DNA of 64,000 nucleotides from positions 64,001 to 128,000 of IMG/VR virus record IMGVR_UViG_3300029288_000084. The stretch is one strand, 5' to 3'. Made by a program: the position numbers and the translations under genes. Source of the stretch: a virus. Its lineage: Duplodnaviria; Caudoviricetes. Position 1 is the first letter of the stretch. Each line of letters begins with the position of its first letter. Under the pieces are notes generated by a model. The model searched no databases. It worked only from the letters and a program-made list of their open reading frames with translations, and was not told the origin of the DNA. Shown one piece after another: positions 20,076-29,742 of this stretch.

Positions 20076-20380
20076 ATGTCAGAAATCAAAATCATTGTTT
20101 TAAAAACAGGTGAACAACTTTTAGCTAGGTTGAATATGGAGATGGTACAATTGTGATGGAAAAACCAGTTATGATGTTTCCTCTCCCCGGTAATAAGATT
20201 TCATTTAGAGATTGGATTATTGGAGCAAAATTAGATAAGGTAGCTGTTAAGAATGAAAATATCAATGTTGTAGTTGATCCTTCAAAAGAAATAGAAGATA
20301 TTTACGTTAGCAGTACTTCTAAAATTCAAGCACCGCCTCTTGGTGCGAAGATGTCTATTCTAGGAAACAAGCAATCTTAG
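20076..20380 (+). pseudogene. frameshifted gene of a small T4-like phage protein (Sm-like pattern)
   Basis: AGGAG SD then MSEIKIIVLKTGEQLLA; continues VEYGDGTIVMEKPV in another frame near 20127. Confidence 0.6.
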
Positions 20381-21816
20381 CCAATTCTAATAACTGATAG
20401 CATTTTTTCACTATCACCGTCATCATCATCCATAAGAGTTGCAGGTGAATTTTCCATACCATTTGACATTACTATAGCAGATACTTGGGAATCTATTTGA
20501 ACTTGATGTTCTTTTAAAAATTTCTCTCTAAAACTGATTGGCGCTTCTATGAATTCATCTAAAAACCCAGTTGATTGAACACAAGAGAAAAATACCAATC
20601 CCATAACCATATCATCGTGATAACCAGTTTCAGCTTCGTAACTGTTATTTTTTCTAACAAATTTATAAAATTCACTTATTGTATCAAAGTCATTGACTAT
20701 TAACTTTTCATATTCCATCAATGTTCTTAAATTGCCGCAGCCAACTCTTTTTGTTCTTGTTGTTGTTCTAAGTCCCAATTCTTTTTTATTTTGTTCCATA
20801 TAAAGCATAGAATCAGTTCCTATATCGTTAGCTAAAATATCAAGAACATCTTTTCCAAAACCTATGTTATTTTCAATGATAGTTAAAGTGTTCTCACCGC
20901 CGTACATTTTTATGAGTTCATCATAAATTGTTGCATAGTGTTGATATGGACATTCAGAATCTCGATAAGTTGCAACTTGTTCATATGGGCTTGTAGAAAG
21001 ATCAATAACAGAAATTGTATAGAAATCTTGTTTTTTACCTTCGCTTGGATCTCCAACTATAGCGTAGTAATGACCTGGTATGACTTTGCCCAATGCCTCA
21101 TCCTTTTTGAATAGTATTGGTTCTTGATAAATTTTTAACTTATCTTCATAGTAAGTTCGAATTGGAGTTTTGTGAGTTAATTCAGCTAGCTTTTTACCGC
21201 CAATTAAAGTGTCTGAGGAACCTAGAATTTGACAATCATATTCTTGGTTCCACATCATTTCGCCGATGTTGCTTATTGTTAATTTCTTAAATGCTTCATC
21301 TCTACCAGGAATTTCATTCCATGCAACTTTCAAATACTTGAATTGACTGCGACCTTCAACAGCTTCATTCCAGAATTTAGCAAAGTGATTATATCCAATT
21401 GGAGTGGATGAAAGTGTAATTCTTGAATGCTTGGCTGAAGAAATTGTAGGATAAATGGATGCTAAGAAGTCAGCAGCCATATTAGAATTTGTTTTTGAAC
21501 AATTGTGGCAAGTTATTCCATTGCCTATATAATGGTTTCCGTCCCGTACATTTAATAAATCATAGAAAAAATTCTCTTTTTTAACTTTTTCAATTTTTTT
21601 AATTCTTTTATTTTGAACTATATCTCCAATATTTAAATTTTTTGCTTTTACAAACATATTATTTTGTTTTATTTTATGTTCATTTGAACATTCAACTACA
21701 GTTTTATTATTAAAAATTATTTTTAGTGATTCATTTTTAATTGTTATACTTATACCATCAAAATCTTTCCAACCATTTTCTGTTAAAACTTCGTAATCAG
21801 ATGTTAATATTTTCAT
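20377..21816 (-). CDS. gp17: terminase large subunit C-terminal part, preceded by 105-aa split intein C fragment
   Basis: IntC: LTENGW, CS.EH, YDL, NGITCHN/C; extein: SSTPIGYNHF, QEYDC, ENN, HDDMVM. Confidence 0.95.
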   Translation of the reverse strand: MKILTSDYEVLTENGWKDFDGISITIKNESLKIIFNNKTVVECSNEHKIKQNNMFVKAKNLNIGDIVQNKRIKKIEKVKKENFFYDLLNVRDGNHYIGNGITCHNCSKTNSNMAADFLASIYPTISSAKHSRITLSSTPIGYNHFAKFWNEAVEGRSQFKYLKVAWNEIPGRDEAFKKLTISNIGEMMWNQEYDCQILGSSDTLIGGKKLAELTHKTPIRTYYEDKLKIYQEPILFKKDEALGKVIPGHYYAIVGDPSEGKKQDFYTISVIDLSTSPYEQVATYRDSECPYQHYATIYDELIKMYGGENTLTIIENNIGFGKDVLDILANDIGTDSMLYMEQNKKELGLRTTTRTKRVGCGNLRTLMEYEKLIVNDFDTISEFYKFVRKNNSYEAETGYHDDMVMGLVFFSCVQSTGFLDEFIEAPISFREKFLKEHQVQIDSQVSAIVMSNGMENSPATLMDDDDGDSEKMLSVIRIG

Positions 21817-22693
21817 TAATTTTTCTCATTAGTTTATTAAAAACTTCTTCTTTATTTTTGTAATAATCATGTTCCCAAATTTCTATTACTCTATATCCAG
21901 CAAAAATAGCAGCATTTACTTTTTTCTTCCAATACACTCTATATTCTTTGGGTGTTATACCTCTATGTTCTTTATTTTCATCCGGAAATAAACTTTCATG
22001 ATAATGCCAATATGTACCATTAAATTCTACAATTAATTTTAAATCTTTTATTGTAAAATCATAAGAGTAATATTTTGTTTTTTTATCAACATCATTGAGA
22101 ATAAATTCATTATTAAGTGGGTTAAATCTAACACTAGATTTTAATTTATTATCTAAAGCATTGTAAATATTCCAACTTAGTTCCTTATGCCATTTTGATA
22201 TACTATTCTGCGAAGCTTCTCTATTCATTATTGATTTTTCTGATTGGAAAGAATTTATAATTCCATACTTTTTTAATAAAGTATTTTTTCTTTTTTCTTT
22301 ACACTTTACACTTTTAGATCTTTGTGCAAGTATTTTGTTTCTTTCAATTACTTCATTTTTATGTAAAATATGCCAATTGTGAATTTTTGTTCTTTTTTCT
22401 TCTGTCCATAAATAAGAAGTTTTATCTCTACCTATAGTCCCTTCTTGATATGATTTAGTAATACATTCTAGTGAATTACACCTTTTAAAAAATCCCTTGT
22501 TAATACTAATAAATACTGAAGATTTATTACAATATTTACATTTAGGAATATTACTATGCAAAATATATTTTGCATAGTAATCTTTTGGTTGTATTGAATG
22601 TTTTTTAATATGTTTGGTAAAATTTGAATTTTTTGCATTTTTATAAAATATCTTACTACAAATTTCACAAGTTATTATTTGATTATTTTCCAT
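21797..22693 (-). CDS. free-standing homing endonuclease (Vsr / PD-(D/E)xK type) between split terL halves
   Basis: N-terminal Zn fingers; YDF...IVEFNGTYWH...GYRVIEIWE. Confidence 0.85.
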   Translation of the reverse strand: MENNQIITCEICSKIFYKNAKNSNFTKHIKKHSIQPKDYYAKYILHSNIPKCKYCNKSSVFISINKGFFKRCNSLECITKSYQEGTIGRDKTSYLWTEEKRTKIHNWHILHKNEVIERNKILAQRSKSVKCKEKRKNTLLKKYGIINSFQSEKSIMNREASQNSISKWHKELSWNIYNALDNKLKSSVRFNPLNNEFILNDVDKKTKYYSYDFTIKDLKLIVEFNGTYWHYHESLFPDENKEHRGITPKEYRVYWKKKVNAAIFAGYRVIEIWEHDYYKNKEEVFNKLMRKINENINI

Positions 22694-22694
22694 G

Positions 22695-23378
22695 TTATTT
22701 AATAAAAACTAAATGAGTTGTACCTATTAGTCTATTAGCAAAATCAGACATTTTAATGTTTTCTACAATTCCTGTTTTTTTATTTCTAACTGTAATAACA
22801 GTATTGCCTAAAAAACATTCATCCCAGTATAGATTTTTGATTGGGAAACCAGATAAAGCATCTTTTGATGTTGCAGCTGAAATAGATCTTGAACCATTTT
22901 CTAATTCAAAACCGCCTGATTGCCAACTAACAACACCTTGTTGCATCCAGAAAGGAAGACCCTGGAACATCTTTTGCATAGTAGAAATAATTTCAAAGGC
23001 TGTCTTCTCTTTGTTAGCAACAATACCACAAATTTCATAAGGAAAGAAATTCATCAAATAAGTATAAACACCCGATGTAACAGTTGTTTTACCTGATTGT
23101 CTTGGATTCATGAAGATGTTAAAACGATTCTCCATCATCATGTTGATCATAGTTGTTTGATATGGTCTGGGTTCGAATAAAACCCATTGTCCAGAATCTA
23201 ATGACAATGTTTTTAAGTAAGTTTTAAAAAAATAGTGAATTCCAGTCTTTGGTTCTTTACATTTTCTAATTTCGTCCAGTTGGTATTGGCTGTAAGGAAT
23301 TTCAATTCCGGCTTTACGAAGGTTGAATTTTCCCTGAAAATAATCAGTTTTTTGAGGTTGATATACTATTTCATCCAT
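22695..23378 (-). CDS. gp17: terminase large subunit N-terminal part with 40-aa split intein N fragment
   Basis: PYQ, RQSGKTT Walker A, ELENGS, YWDE then CFLGNTVITV. Confidence 0.95.
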   Translation of the reverse strand: MDEIVYQPQKTDYFQGKFNLRKAGIEIPYSQYQLDEIRKCKEPKTGIHYFFKTYLKTLSLDSGQWVLFEPRPYQTTMINMMMENRFNIFMNPRQSGKTTVTSGVYTYLMNFFPYEICGIVANKEKTAFEIISTMQKMFQGLPFWMQQGVVSWQSGGFELENGSRSISAATSKDALSGFPIKNLYWDECFLGNTVITVRNKKTGIVENIKMSDFANRLIGTTHLVFIK

Positions 23379-23865
23379 AAGGATCTTCGTCTTGTTCTTC
23401 TAGAGGTTCAGGAACGCCTACAGCTTCAAGCATTTTTTGTTCATCTTGAATAGATTGGAATTTAAGGACATCACTCATCTTACCAAAGAATATTGCTTTT
23501 TCTATTACTTGTGTTGGTTTAGCATCTTTTGGAACTTCTTCTTTAGCTAGTTTGTAAATCTCAGCAACTGTTTTTGATGCTTGTAAAATTTGAGAACCGC
23601 TGCTTGCAACTGCTTCTAGTAATCTAGCAACCACTTCTGCCATACGAGGCGAGGGATCAGCTCTTAATTCTTCTAGTAAAATATCAACAACTTCTTGATT
23701 TGTTTTCATTGATTTTCTCAATTCTCTTTTAACAAATCGATAATCATCTTCTAAATTTTCAGAAGGTCTATCATCATCTTCTGGCATAGTGCTAGGTATA
23801 TTTTTATCTTCAGAATCCGCTATTCCTAATTTATCTTCCCAATTACGTCTAGGTCTCAAAATCAA
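23371..23865 (-). CDS. gp16: terminase small subunit
   Basis: EDDY..V..., PRMAEV...L, FFG; upstream of terL; start codon uncertain. Confidence 0.85.
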   Translation of the reverse strand: MILRPRRNWEDKLGIADSEDKNIPSTMPEDDDRPSENLEDDYRFVKRELRKSMKTNQEVVDILLEELRADPSPRMAEVVARLLEAVASSGSQILQASKTVAEIYKLAKEEVPKDAKPTQVIEKAIFFGKMSDVLKFQSIQDEQKMLEAVGVPEPLEEQDEDPYG

Positions 23866-23896
23866 CCTCCTGATAAATATTTATAAAATTGAATTC

Positions 23897-24079
23897 TTAT
23901 TCATATTCTTTTAATTCTAATTCTAATTCTTTCATTTTCTTTTGATATTTTTTTCTCTCTTCATCACTTAAATTTTCAGCTGTTAATGCTTGTTGAGTTG
24001 CTTGTATTTTCATATAAATATTATGTTTTTCATCCCAATTTGATTTTACTTCGTTTAATAATTTTTGAAATTTTTTCAT
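23897..24079 (-). CDS. putative internal head protein (MKKFQKLLNE)
   Basis: CTS-like leader. Confidence 0.6.
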   Translation of the reverse strand: MKKFQKLLNEVKSNWDEKHNIYMKIQATQQALTAENLSDEERKKYQKKMKELELELKEYE

Positions 24080-24897
24080 TCTGGTTTGTCCTCCGTTACT
24101 ACTGTTGTTTTACCTTCTTGAATATTTGTTCTTGTAATATGCCAATCATCACCTTCTTCAGCTTCCCAAGGAATGACTTCTTGTTCCTCTTCCCACCAAG
24201 TATATGGATCAGCTGAATCTAAATCATCGATATCTCGAATTTTCATAATAGTTTTTTTGATAATACTAGACTCAACATTCTGTTTGTAAAGATATCCTTT
24301 CAATGTAAATGACAAATCCCATTGAACAATTCGATCTCTTGTATCTTCACCTGATTCTAATTGCAAATTGTAATTAGGACCACTTGTCAAATCAACAGGT
24401 GTCACCCTCTTGATTCCAAGTGTAGGCATTTCATTTACTGAAATCATATATGTTGGATCAAAGAAAGGACAAATTTGTTCGATCAGTTGTTGACAATCAG
24501 ATTCATTGACAGCCCACATAGCTAACGAATATGAAAAGTTCCAAGGTGATGGTTCAAAAAATCTTATCATCTTGTCAGGATCTGTTACAGTAGGATCAGC
24601 TACTCTGTATGCATTTTTTAGATTCTTTTTTCTACTTGGATCTGGACTGAGATTTGTCAAAATAAAAGACATTCTTGGAAGAAGAATTGAAAATGGATCA
24701 TTTTGCTTCTCAGCATATTGTTTTAACTGTTCATAAAATTTGCGTTTAGAAGCCTGAATCAAGGGAACTTTTATTGATTGAGTTTCAACTACACCATAAG
24801 GATCAGCTCTCTGAACATAGAGATTAGAGAAAATTGTACCAAATGCAATTGCATATCGGCGAATGATTCCGTGATAAAAATAAGTTCCTGCTAACAT
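24076..24897 (-). CDS. gp15: tail sheath stabiliser / tail terminator
   Basis: YFYH..IRRY..AFG..F, IKVP, LPRMSF, Q.IEQI.PFF.P. Confidence 0.93.
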   Translation of the reverse strand: MLAGTYFYHGIIRRYAIAFGTIFSNLYVQRADPYGVVETQSIKVPLIQASKRKFYEQLKQYAEKQNDPFSILLPRMSFILTNLSPDPSRKKNLKNAYRVADPTVTDPDKMIRFFEPSPWNFSYSLAMWAVNESDCQQLIEQICPFFDPTYMISVNEMPTLGIKRVTPVDLTSGPNYNLQLESGEDTRDRIVQWDLSFTLKGYLYKQNVESSIIKKTIMKIRDIDDLDSADPYTWWEEEQEVIPWEAEEGDDWHITRTNIQEGKTTVVTEDKPE

Positions 24898-25130
24898 TAT
24901 TTTTCAGTGGTTTCTTTTTGAGCTCTTTTTTCTTGATTTATTTTTATACAAATTGTAGCTAATTTTCCATATGATTGACTCAAGTATCGGGCATATCCTA
25001 CCATATTGTTATAATCTCCTTTCTTTTTACATTCATTAAGGTTATATCTTGCATCAGATATATCTTTATTAATTTTCCCTAATTCATCCATGGAATCTTC
25101 TTCATTTAATAATTCCTCAAACTTTTGCAT
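24897..25130 (-). CDS. putative internal head protein (MQKFEELLNEE)
   Basis: CTS-like leader. Confidence 0.6.
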   Translation of the reverse strand: MQKFEELLNEEDSMDELGKINKDISDARYNLNECKKKGDYNNMVGYARYLSQSYGKLATICIKINQEKRAQKETTEK

Positions 25131-25377
25131 TCTCTTTCTCCTTTTGTTTTTTTAAACGATAATTGTAATCAGGATTATCAGTTGAAAATTTTCTGTCTTG
25201 GATATATTTGCCCTTTTCACAGAATTTCCAATGGAATGAAAATGGTGTTAATGTCATTTTCTTACCACATTTTGGACAAACTCGAACCTTCTCTTCATCT
25301 AAAATAATATGACGAATTAAAACTTCTTCGTAATTACCACACTCTTTACTTTCACACTCGAATCCGTAAATTGGCAT
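25117..25377 (-). CDS. FmdB-like zinc ribbon protein
   Basis: MPIY.F.C...CG...E...CPKCG. Confidence 0.8.
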   Translation of the reverse strand: MPIYGFECESKECGNYEEVLIRHIILDEEKVRVCPKCGKKMTLTPFSFHWKFCEKGKYIQDRKFSTDNPDYNYRLKKQKEKENAKV

Positions 25378-25388
25378 TTATAAACCTC

Positions 25389-26012
25389 CTATTGTGATCC
25401 AAATGGATCTGCTTCTGAATTATCAATCACATTATCTTCGCTATCTTCGTTTTGGATATGCGGAGCATCATCCATGTTGTCGTTATTTGCAATAATTGAA
25501 TTTATGTCTACTGTTAATTCCTCCTCATCGTTTAAAGCTGTTAGTGATTCTTTAGAATATTTGAAACGTCTAGCTTTGATGGTATAAGTTGAAACTTGAC
25601 CAAGATGATAGAAAGAAGATTCCATATCTACATGAGAAATCTCCATTATCATTTTATCTTTTTGCCAAGGCAAATATAGCAAATCACTTATCATTGGCCT
25701 TTCTAAACCAGTATAAACTTTGAATTGATCTATTTGAATAGCAAAAGAAGCCTCATCGTTCAATTCTAATCCAAACTTGGCATACATATCACCTTGACCT
25801 TCCCAACCACCTGTGTTGAGAACATAGATAGTCATTTCATATTTATCTTCAAATTTCATCAAGGGATCTTCGCCATAGAAGAAATCTAAAGCTACGTTGG
25901 TTTTAGGCAAATAGTAAGCTTGAACACCATACATTTCAATCATTTCGTTGACAATTTTATTGTACGTTGTAAATTCATTGCCACGATAGAATTGAAAGTA
26001 TTGATTAGCCAT
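25389..26012 (-). CDS. gp14: neck / head completion protein
   Basis: E.I.MYG...YYLP, GED...KF, GWEG.GD..AKFGL, P...DLLY.P, DPFG end. Confidence 0.92.
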   Translation of the reverse strand: MANQYFQFYRGNEFTTYNKIVNEMIEMYGVQAYYLPKTNVALDFFYGEDPLMKFEDKYEMTIYVLNTGGWEGQGDMYAKFGLELNDEASFAIQIDQFKVYTGLERPMISDLLYLPWQKDKMIMEISHVDMESSFYHLGQVSTYTIKARRFKYSKESLTALNDEEELTVDINSIIANNDNMDDAPHIQNEDSEDNVIDNSEADPFGSQ

Positions 26013-26172
26013 TTTTTAGTTGCTTTAAAGTTTGTATGTATCTTGCTAATAATTTTTCTTTGTCTTTGACTTTTGTTTTCAATTCTTCTATTTCTTTCTC
26101 AATTTTATTGATCGAAGTTTGTATGTATTCAGTATTATCTTCTTCATTCAATAATTCTTCAATTTTATTCAC
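26005..26172 (-). CDS. putative internal head protein (GTG start, MNKIEELLNEED; 55 aa, below track cutoff)
   Basis: Hand translation; fills the gap exactly. Confidence 0.6.
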   Translation of the reverse strand: MNKIEELLNEEDNTEYIQTSINKIEKEIEELKTKVKDKEKLLARYIQTLKQLKNG

Positions 26173-26174
26173 TT

Positions 26175-26603
26175 TTATTCTTCTTTCTTAAGAAATTTGT
26201 TTTTCATAGTTTCTAACCACAATTTAATAACAGGTTTTAATAAAGCATATCCACCACATGTTAATCCAGTGAAAAGCATATATTGAACAATTGTCCACAT
26301 TGAAATTTCTACAGTACTTCCATCTGTGATTGGTAATTTGCCACTGTATTTTACAATAAATGAGAAACAATACCAGCCTACTAACCAACTTACAGCTAGT
26401 TTCCAACCATTCATTTCAATGAGTTTTTCAATCCAATCTAACTTGTAGGGATCATGAAAATATTTCTTTTCAATAAAGCATGCTAGAGTTTTTATAATCC
26501 ACTTGATAATATTGGTTGCGATTATCATAGTGAAAATAAAAACTAAAACTGCTATTAGGTCTATTTCTAAACCAAAGAGAAATGATATTTTCATTTTATT
26601 CAT
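26175..26603 (-). CDS. multi-pass membrane protein, holin candidate
   Basis: About three hydrophobic segments, charged tail, near endolysin. Confidence 0.5.
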   Translation of the reverse strand: MNKMKISFLFGLEIDLIAVLVFIFTMIIATNIIKWIIKTLACFIEKKYFHDPYKLDWIEKLIEMNGWKLAVSWLVGWYCFSFIVKYSGKLPITDGSTVEISMWTIVQYMLFTGLTCGGYALLKPVIKLWLETMKNKFLKKEE

Positions 26604-26799
26604 CCATATTTATTTTTTTATTTCTTAATTGTTCTAATTGTTTTTGTAATTCTTTTATTTGAGAATGAATTTCTTTTTCTTTCTTTTCAATATATTCATC
26701 TTTTGCTTTTTTTAATGCATCTAATTTTGCATGCACATCTTTCAAAATTTCATCTTTTGAATTTGGATCTTCTTTCAATAATTCTTCAAATTTTTTCAT
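26596..26799 (-). CDS. putative internal head protein (MKKFEELLKED)
   Basis: CTS-like leader, AGGAG SD. Confidence 0.65.
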   Translation of the reverse strand: MKKFEELLKEDPNSKDEILKDVHAKLDALKKAKDEYIEKKEKEIHSQIKELQKQLEQLRNKKINMDE

Positions 26800-26828
26800 T
26801 TTTTATTCTCCTTTAAAAATATATATAA

Positions 26829-27602
26829 TTACTTTATGCGACCGTAGCCTAATAATTGTGGAACATTTGTTGCATCGTAGTATATTGGAATTTTTGACAT
26901 ATTTAAACAACTATCACAATATCTACTTTGAGAACTCTTTGCTATAAAAATAGTATTACAAATTAAACATTTATTATGATAAATTCTATTTTTAAAAGCA
27001 TTTTTTAATTTATTTTTATTTTCTTCGCTTCTAGTTTTTTCAAACCAAAAATTTTTATTTACTTTGTAATATTCTCTTATTTTTATTTTAAAATTATTAT
27101 TTTGTTCAATAGAGTGTTTTTTACCTTTATTAATTCCCATCATTGTCTCACTCATTTTTTTTCTAAATTCATCTGTTACAGGTTTTCTATTTTTAGCTGC
27201 TTCTCTTAAATGTTGTTTATGTATTTCAGTTTTTGGTTTGCCTTTCCAACTTATACTATGTTCTTTGTAATATTTTTTTAAGGTAGTACTTATTTGAATG
27301 CGAATTTCTTCAGATGGATTACTTACACCATCTTCGCCATCAGTCAAATTATATCCATTTGGCGTTTTACTATTTAATTTTCTAATCCAAGTACTTTCAA
27401 AATTGTTGTATTCTTCTTTCGTACAATGTAATAAAACCCATCTTTTGTGATTTTCTACCCCATATTTCTTTATCGATCTTCCAATCAAAATTCCATGCCC
27501 CCACATATCAGATTGTTGCAATTCTTCATTAGAATTACATTCAATAGTTTTACCTATGTATTTTTTACCATTGATTAGATTTTGAATACAGTAAACTATC
27601 AT
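26829..27602 (-). CDS. GIY-YIG homing endonuclease (Seg-like)
   Basis: IVYCIQNLINGKKYIG, GYNLTDG, NUMOD3-like repeats, C-terminal CxxC. Confidence 0.9.
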   Translation of the reverse strand: MIVYCIQNLINGKKYIGKTIECNSNEELQQSDMWGHGILIGRSIKKYGVENHKRWVLLHCTKEEYNNFESTWIRKLNSKTPNGYNLTDGEDGVSNPSEEIRIQISTTLKKYYKEHSISWKGKPKTEIHKQHLREAAKNRKPVTDEFRKKMSETMMGINKGKKHSIEQNNNFKIKIREYYKVNKNFWFEKTRSEENKNKLKNAFKNRIYHNKCLICNTIFIAKSSQSRYCDSCLNMSKIPIYYDATNVPQLLGYGRIK

Positions 27603-27654
27603 TTTATTTTATTCTTCCATAACCAAGAAGTTTGGGAACATTTGTTGCATCATA
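26829..27654 (-). repeat. diverged direct repeat of endolysin 3' end (26829-26879 vs 27604-27654)
   Basis: YDATNVP(Q/K)LLGYGRIK* at both ends, synonymous codons differ. Confidence 0.9.
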
Positions 27655-28149
27655 TTTATATTTATTTACAACAGATGGAAAAGCACCTTTATTTCCTTCC
27701 AGCGTTTTTAGAATTTTTTTCCAAGAACCGGGTGAAACTTCTGAATCATATCGATCAAGAACAAAACCAACATGACCCATCCAAGAAAATTCGTTATCAC
27801 CTCTCCAGAAAAATACAATATCTCCTGCTTGCGGTTCTTGTTCTTGAATATCTTTCCAAGCCCAACCATTTGCTTTAAAAATATTATGAAGTTTTCTTGC
27901 TGATAGTGTATATTCGAATGGCATCGAAATATTTAAATTCTCGCATGCTTCTTTTATACACCAACAAACAAAAGCTGCGCACCAATTCATAGGTGGTTCA
28001 GCTAAACCATTGAGATATTTCCTAATGTAAGGACCTGAGTTGTTAGTTCCCTCTTCTCCTGCATTAGCATCAAATTCCATGACAGCAAGACTCAGTGCAT
28101 TTTTTAAAATTTCTAATTTTTTGTCAGTTACTTTTAGCATTTCCATCAA
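27604..28149 (-). CDS. CHAP-domain endolysin / peptidoglycan hydrolase
   Basis: NNSG..I..Y, WCAAFV.W, P.AGDIVFF, GHVGFV, TLEGN. Confidence 0.88.
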   Translation of the reverse strand: MMEMLKVTDKKLEILKNALSLAVMEFDANAGEEGTNNSGPYIRKYLNGLAEPPMNWCAAFVCWCIKEACENLNISMPFEYTLSARKLHNIFKANGWAWKDIQEQEPQAGDIVFFWRGDNEFSWMGHVGFVLDRYDSEVSPGSWKKILKTLEGNKGAFPSVVNKYKYDATNVPKLLGYGRIK

Positions 28150-28315
28150 TGTTCTCCCTTAAAATATCAGATAATTCTAGTAATTTGTTATTGTGCATAT
28201 AAACGGTTTCTTTTGTAATTAGAATTGTTTGTCTATCATCATATGGTTGTATTTCTGCAAAATTAATTTGCAATTTTCGCATTTCTCTTGCAACATATTC
28301 TAATACTTCTTTCAT
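28124..28315 (-). CDS. hypothetical protein
   Basis: ORF behind late-promoter-like TATATATA. Confidence 0.45.
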   Translation of the reverse strand: MKEVLEYVAREMRKLQINFAEIQPYDDRQTILITKETVYMHNNKLLELSDILRENIDGNAKSN

Positions 28316-28346
28316 ATAAAATATATATAAGAGTTAAGAAAAATTT

Positions 28347-28931
28347 CTAAAACATTAAATCGTGTTGATATGAGATACCAGCACCTTCTAATATTCTTTC
28401 TATTCTAGCTCTAGATTTTTCATGTAATATTATTCTATTTTTGTTATGTTGATACCAAATATTTGTTTCATAATATTTATCATTCGGAGGGCTAACAAAA
28501 CCTTGTGCTTTTCCTGCGCCAATCCAATCACATATCATTTCTTGTAAATATGGATATGGCATTTCAAGAACTTTTGTTCTTCCATTATCTTCAGGAAGAA
28601 CCCACCATTGCCAATGATGCTTGTTTCTTTTTTGATGAAGCAACCATGCAAAATCAAATTTTTCATCGTTTGTTACTTTAGGTTTACAAAAACCTTCTTT
28701 TTGAATATGTTCTTTACTTTTCTTTCCATAGAAATAATTCATATACGGAAAAAATTCATCAGGGAGAAATTTACTTAAATCGTGGGTTACACCACGCCAA
28801 AATAAACCTTCGTGAAAACATTCTAACATAACATACCATTTATGTTTAACGAGATATCTCAAATATTTAAAGAATTTCATAAAATTTCCTTTTTTGTTTC
28901 TTTTAATGTCTGTTTGATTTTGATTTTCCAT
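28347..28931 (-). CDS. DUF5662-like HD-related protein
   Basis: HK..V, HDLSK, H..RN.HH, EMICDW. Confidence 0.75.
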   Translation of the reverse strand: MENQNQTDIKRNKKGNFMKFFKYLRYLVKHKWYVMLECFHEGLFWRGVTHDLSKFLPDEFFPYMNYFYGKKSKEHIQKEGFCKPKVTNDEKFDFAWLLHQKRNKHHWQWWVLPEDNGRTKVLEMPYPYLQEMICDWIGAGKAQGFVSPPNDKYYETNIWYQHNKNRIILHEKSRARIERILEGAGISYQHDLMF

Positions 28932-29016
28932 CTATTAACAAAACCCATTTTATGTGGTTTACACATTTTACAAGATCTTTTTTTATGTTTATATTTACTA
29001 TCTCTATTTATTCCCA

Positions 29017-29742
29017 TTAGTAATTTACCTTTTTATCTTTCTGTTGTATCCTAGTCAAATTATATTTTTTCATAAAGTCTGCTAATTCTTGTTTGTAATT
29101 GATATTGTCTTTTTTCAAATTGGTATACAAATCTCCTCTGCCCATTGCACGTATATGTTCAACTGAAACAATGTCATATATACCAAGTTTTTTACCCATT
29201 TCTAAAGTTTTTTTAGACCATAAATAATCTAATCCCCATCCTGTTTTTGTATGATTAAAGTAATCAACAAATGAATGTAATGATTGATAACTAAAAAGCG
29301 GGCACATAATTTCTACAAATTTTGTTTCCCGAGCCACATTGTTTGGTTGTGTTGTTGTATGAGGCCATGTATGTGAACATCCACTTTTCAACGACGGTTG
29401 TGCAATGTAAAAATTATTCTTTTTCATCATTTCAAACATCAGATTAATATCAGCAGTTGATGCTTTTATATCATCATCAGGAAGCCAATAGTAATCATAA
29501 CAATTTAAAGTCTCAACATTTAGCAATGAATCATAAATTAGAGGATATTTGTAACCTTTCTTTTCAATATAAATGTCACATTCAGAATAATATTTATCTC
29601 TTACATTTCCATAATAAATCAAACAAAGATCAAAATTTTTAAATTTACTAGCTTCAACCCAAAATTTGTGAATAGAAGAATCGCCTACTGCTGCAATGAC
29701 TAGATTATTGTGGGTCATTTGCTTTGTTATTGATTTTGTCAT
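29017..29742 (-). CDS. DUF707-like glycosyltransferase
   Basis: YDYYWLPDDD, IAQPSL, FVEIMCP.F, GWGLD..W. Confidence 0.8.
   Translation of the reverse strand: MTKSITKQMTHNNLVIAAVGDSSIHKFWVEASKFKNFDLCLIYYGNVRDKYYSECDIYIEKKGYKYPLIYDSLLNVETLNCYDYYWLPDDDIKASTADINLMFEMMKKNNFYIAQPSLKSGCSHTWPHTTTQPNNVARETKFVEIMCPLFSYQSLHSFVDYFNHTKTGWGLDYLWSKKTLEMGKKLGIYDIVSVEHIRAMGRGDLYTNLKKDNINYKQELADFMKKYNLTRIQQKDKKVNY

Noticed and set aside
21797-22693. Group I intron interrupting terL
   Set aside because: No non-coding space for a ribozyme; flanks are intein halves with their own stop and start
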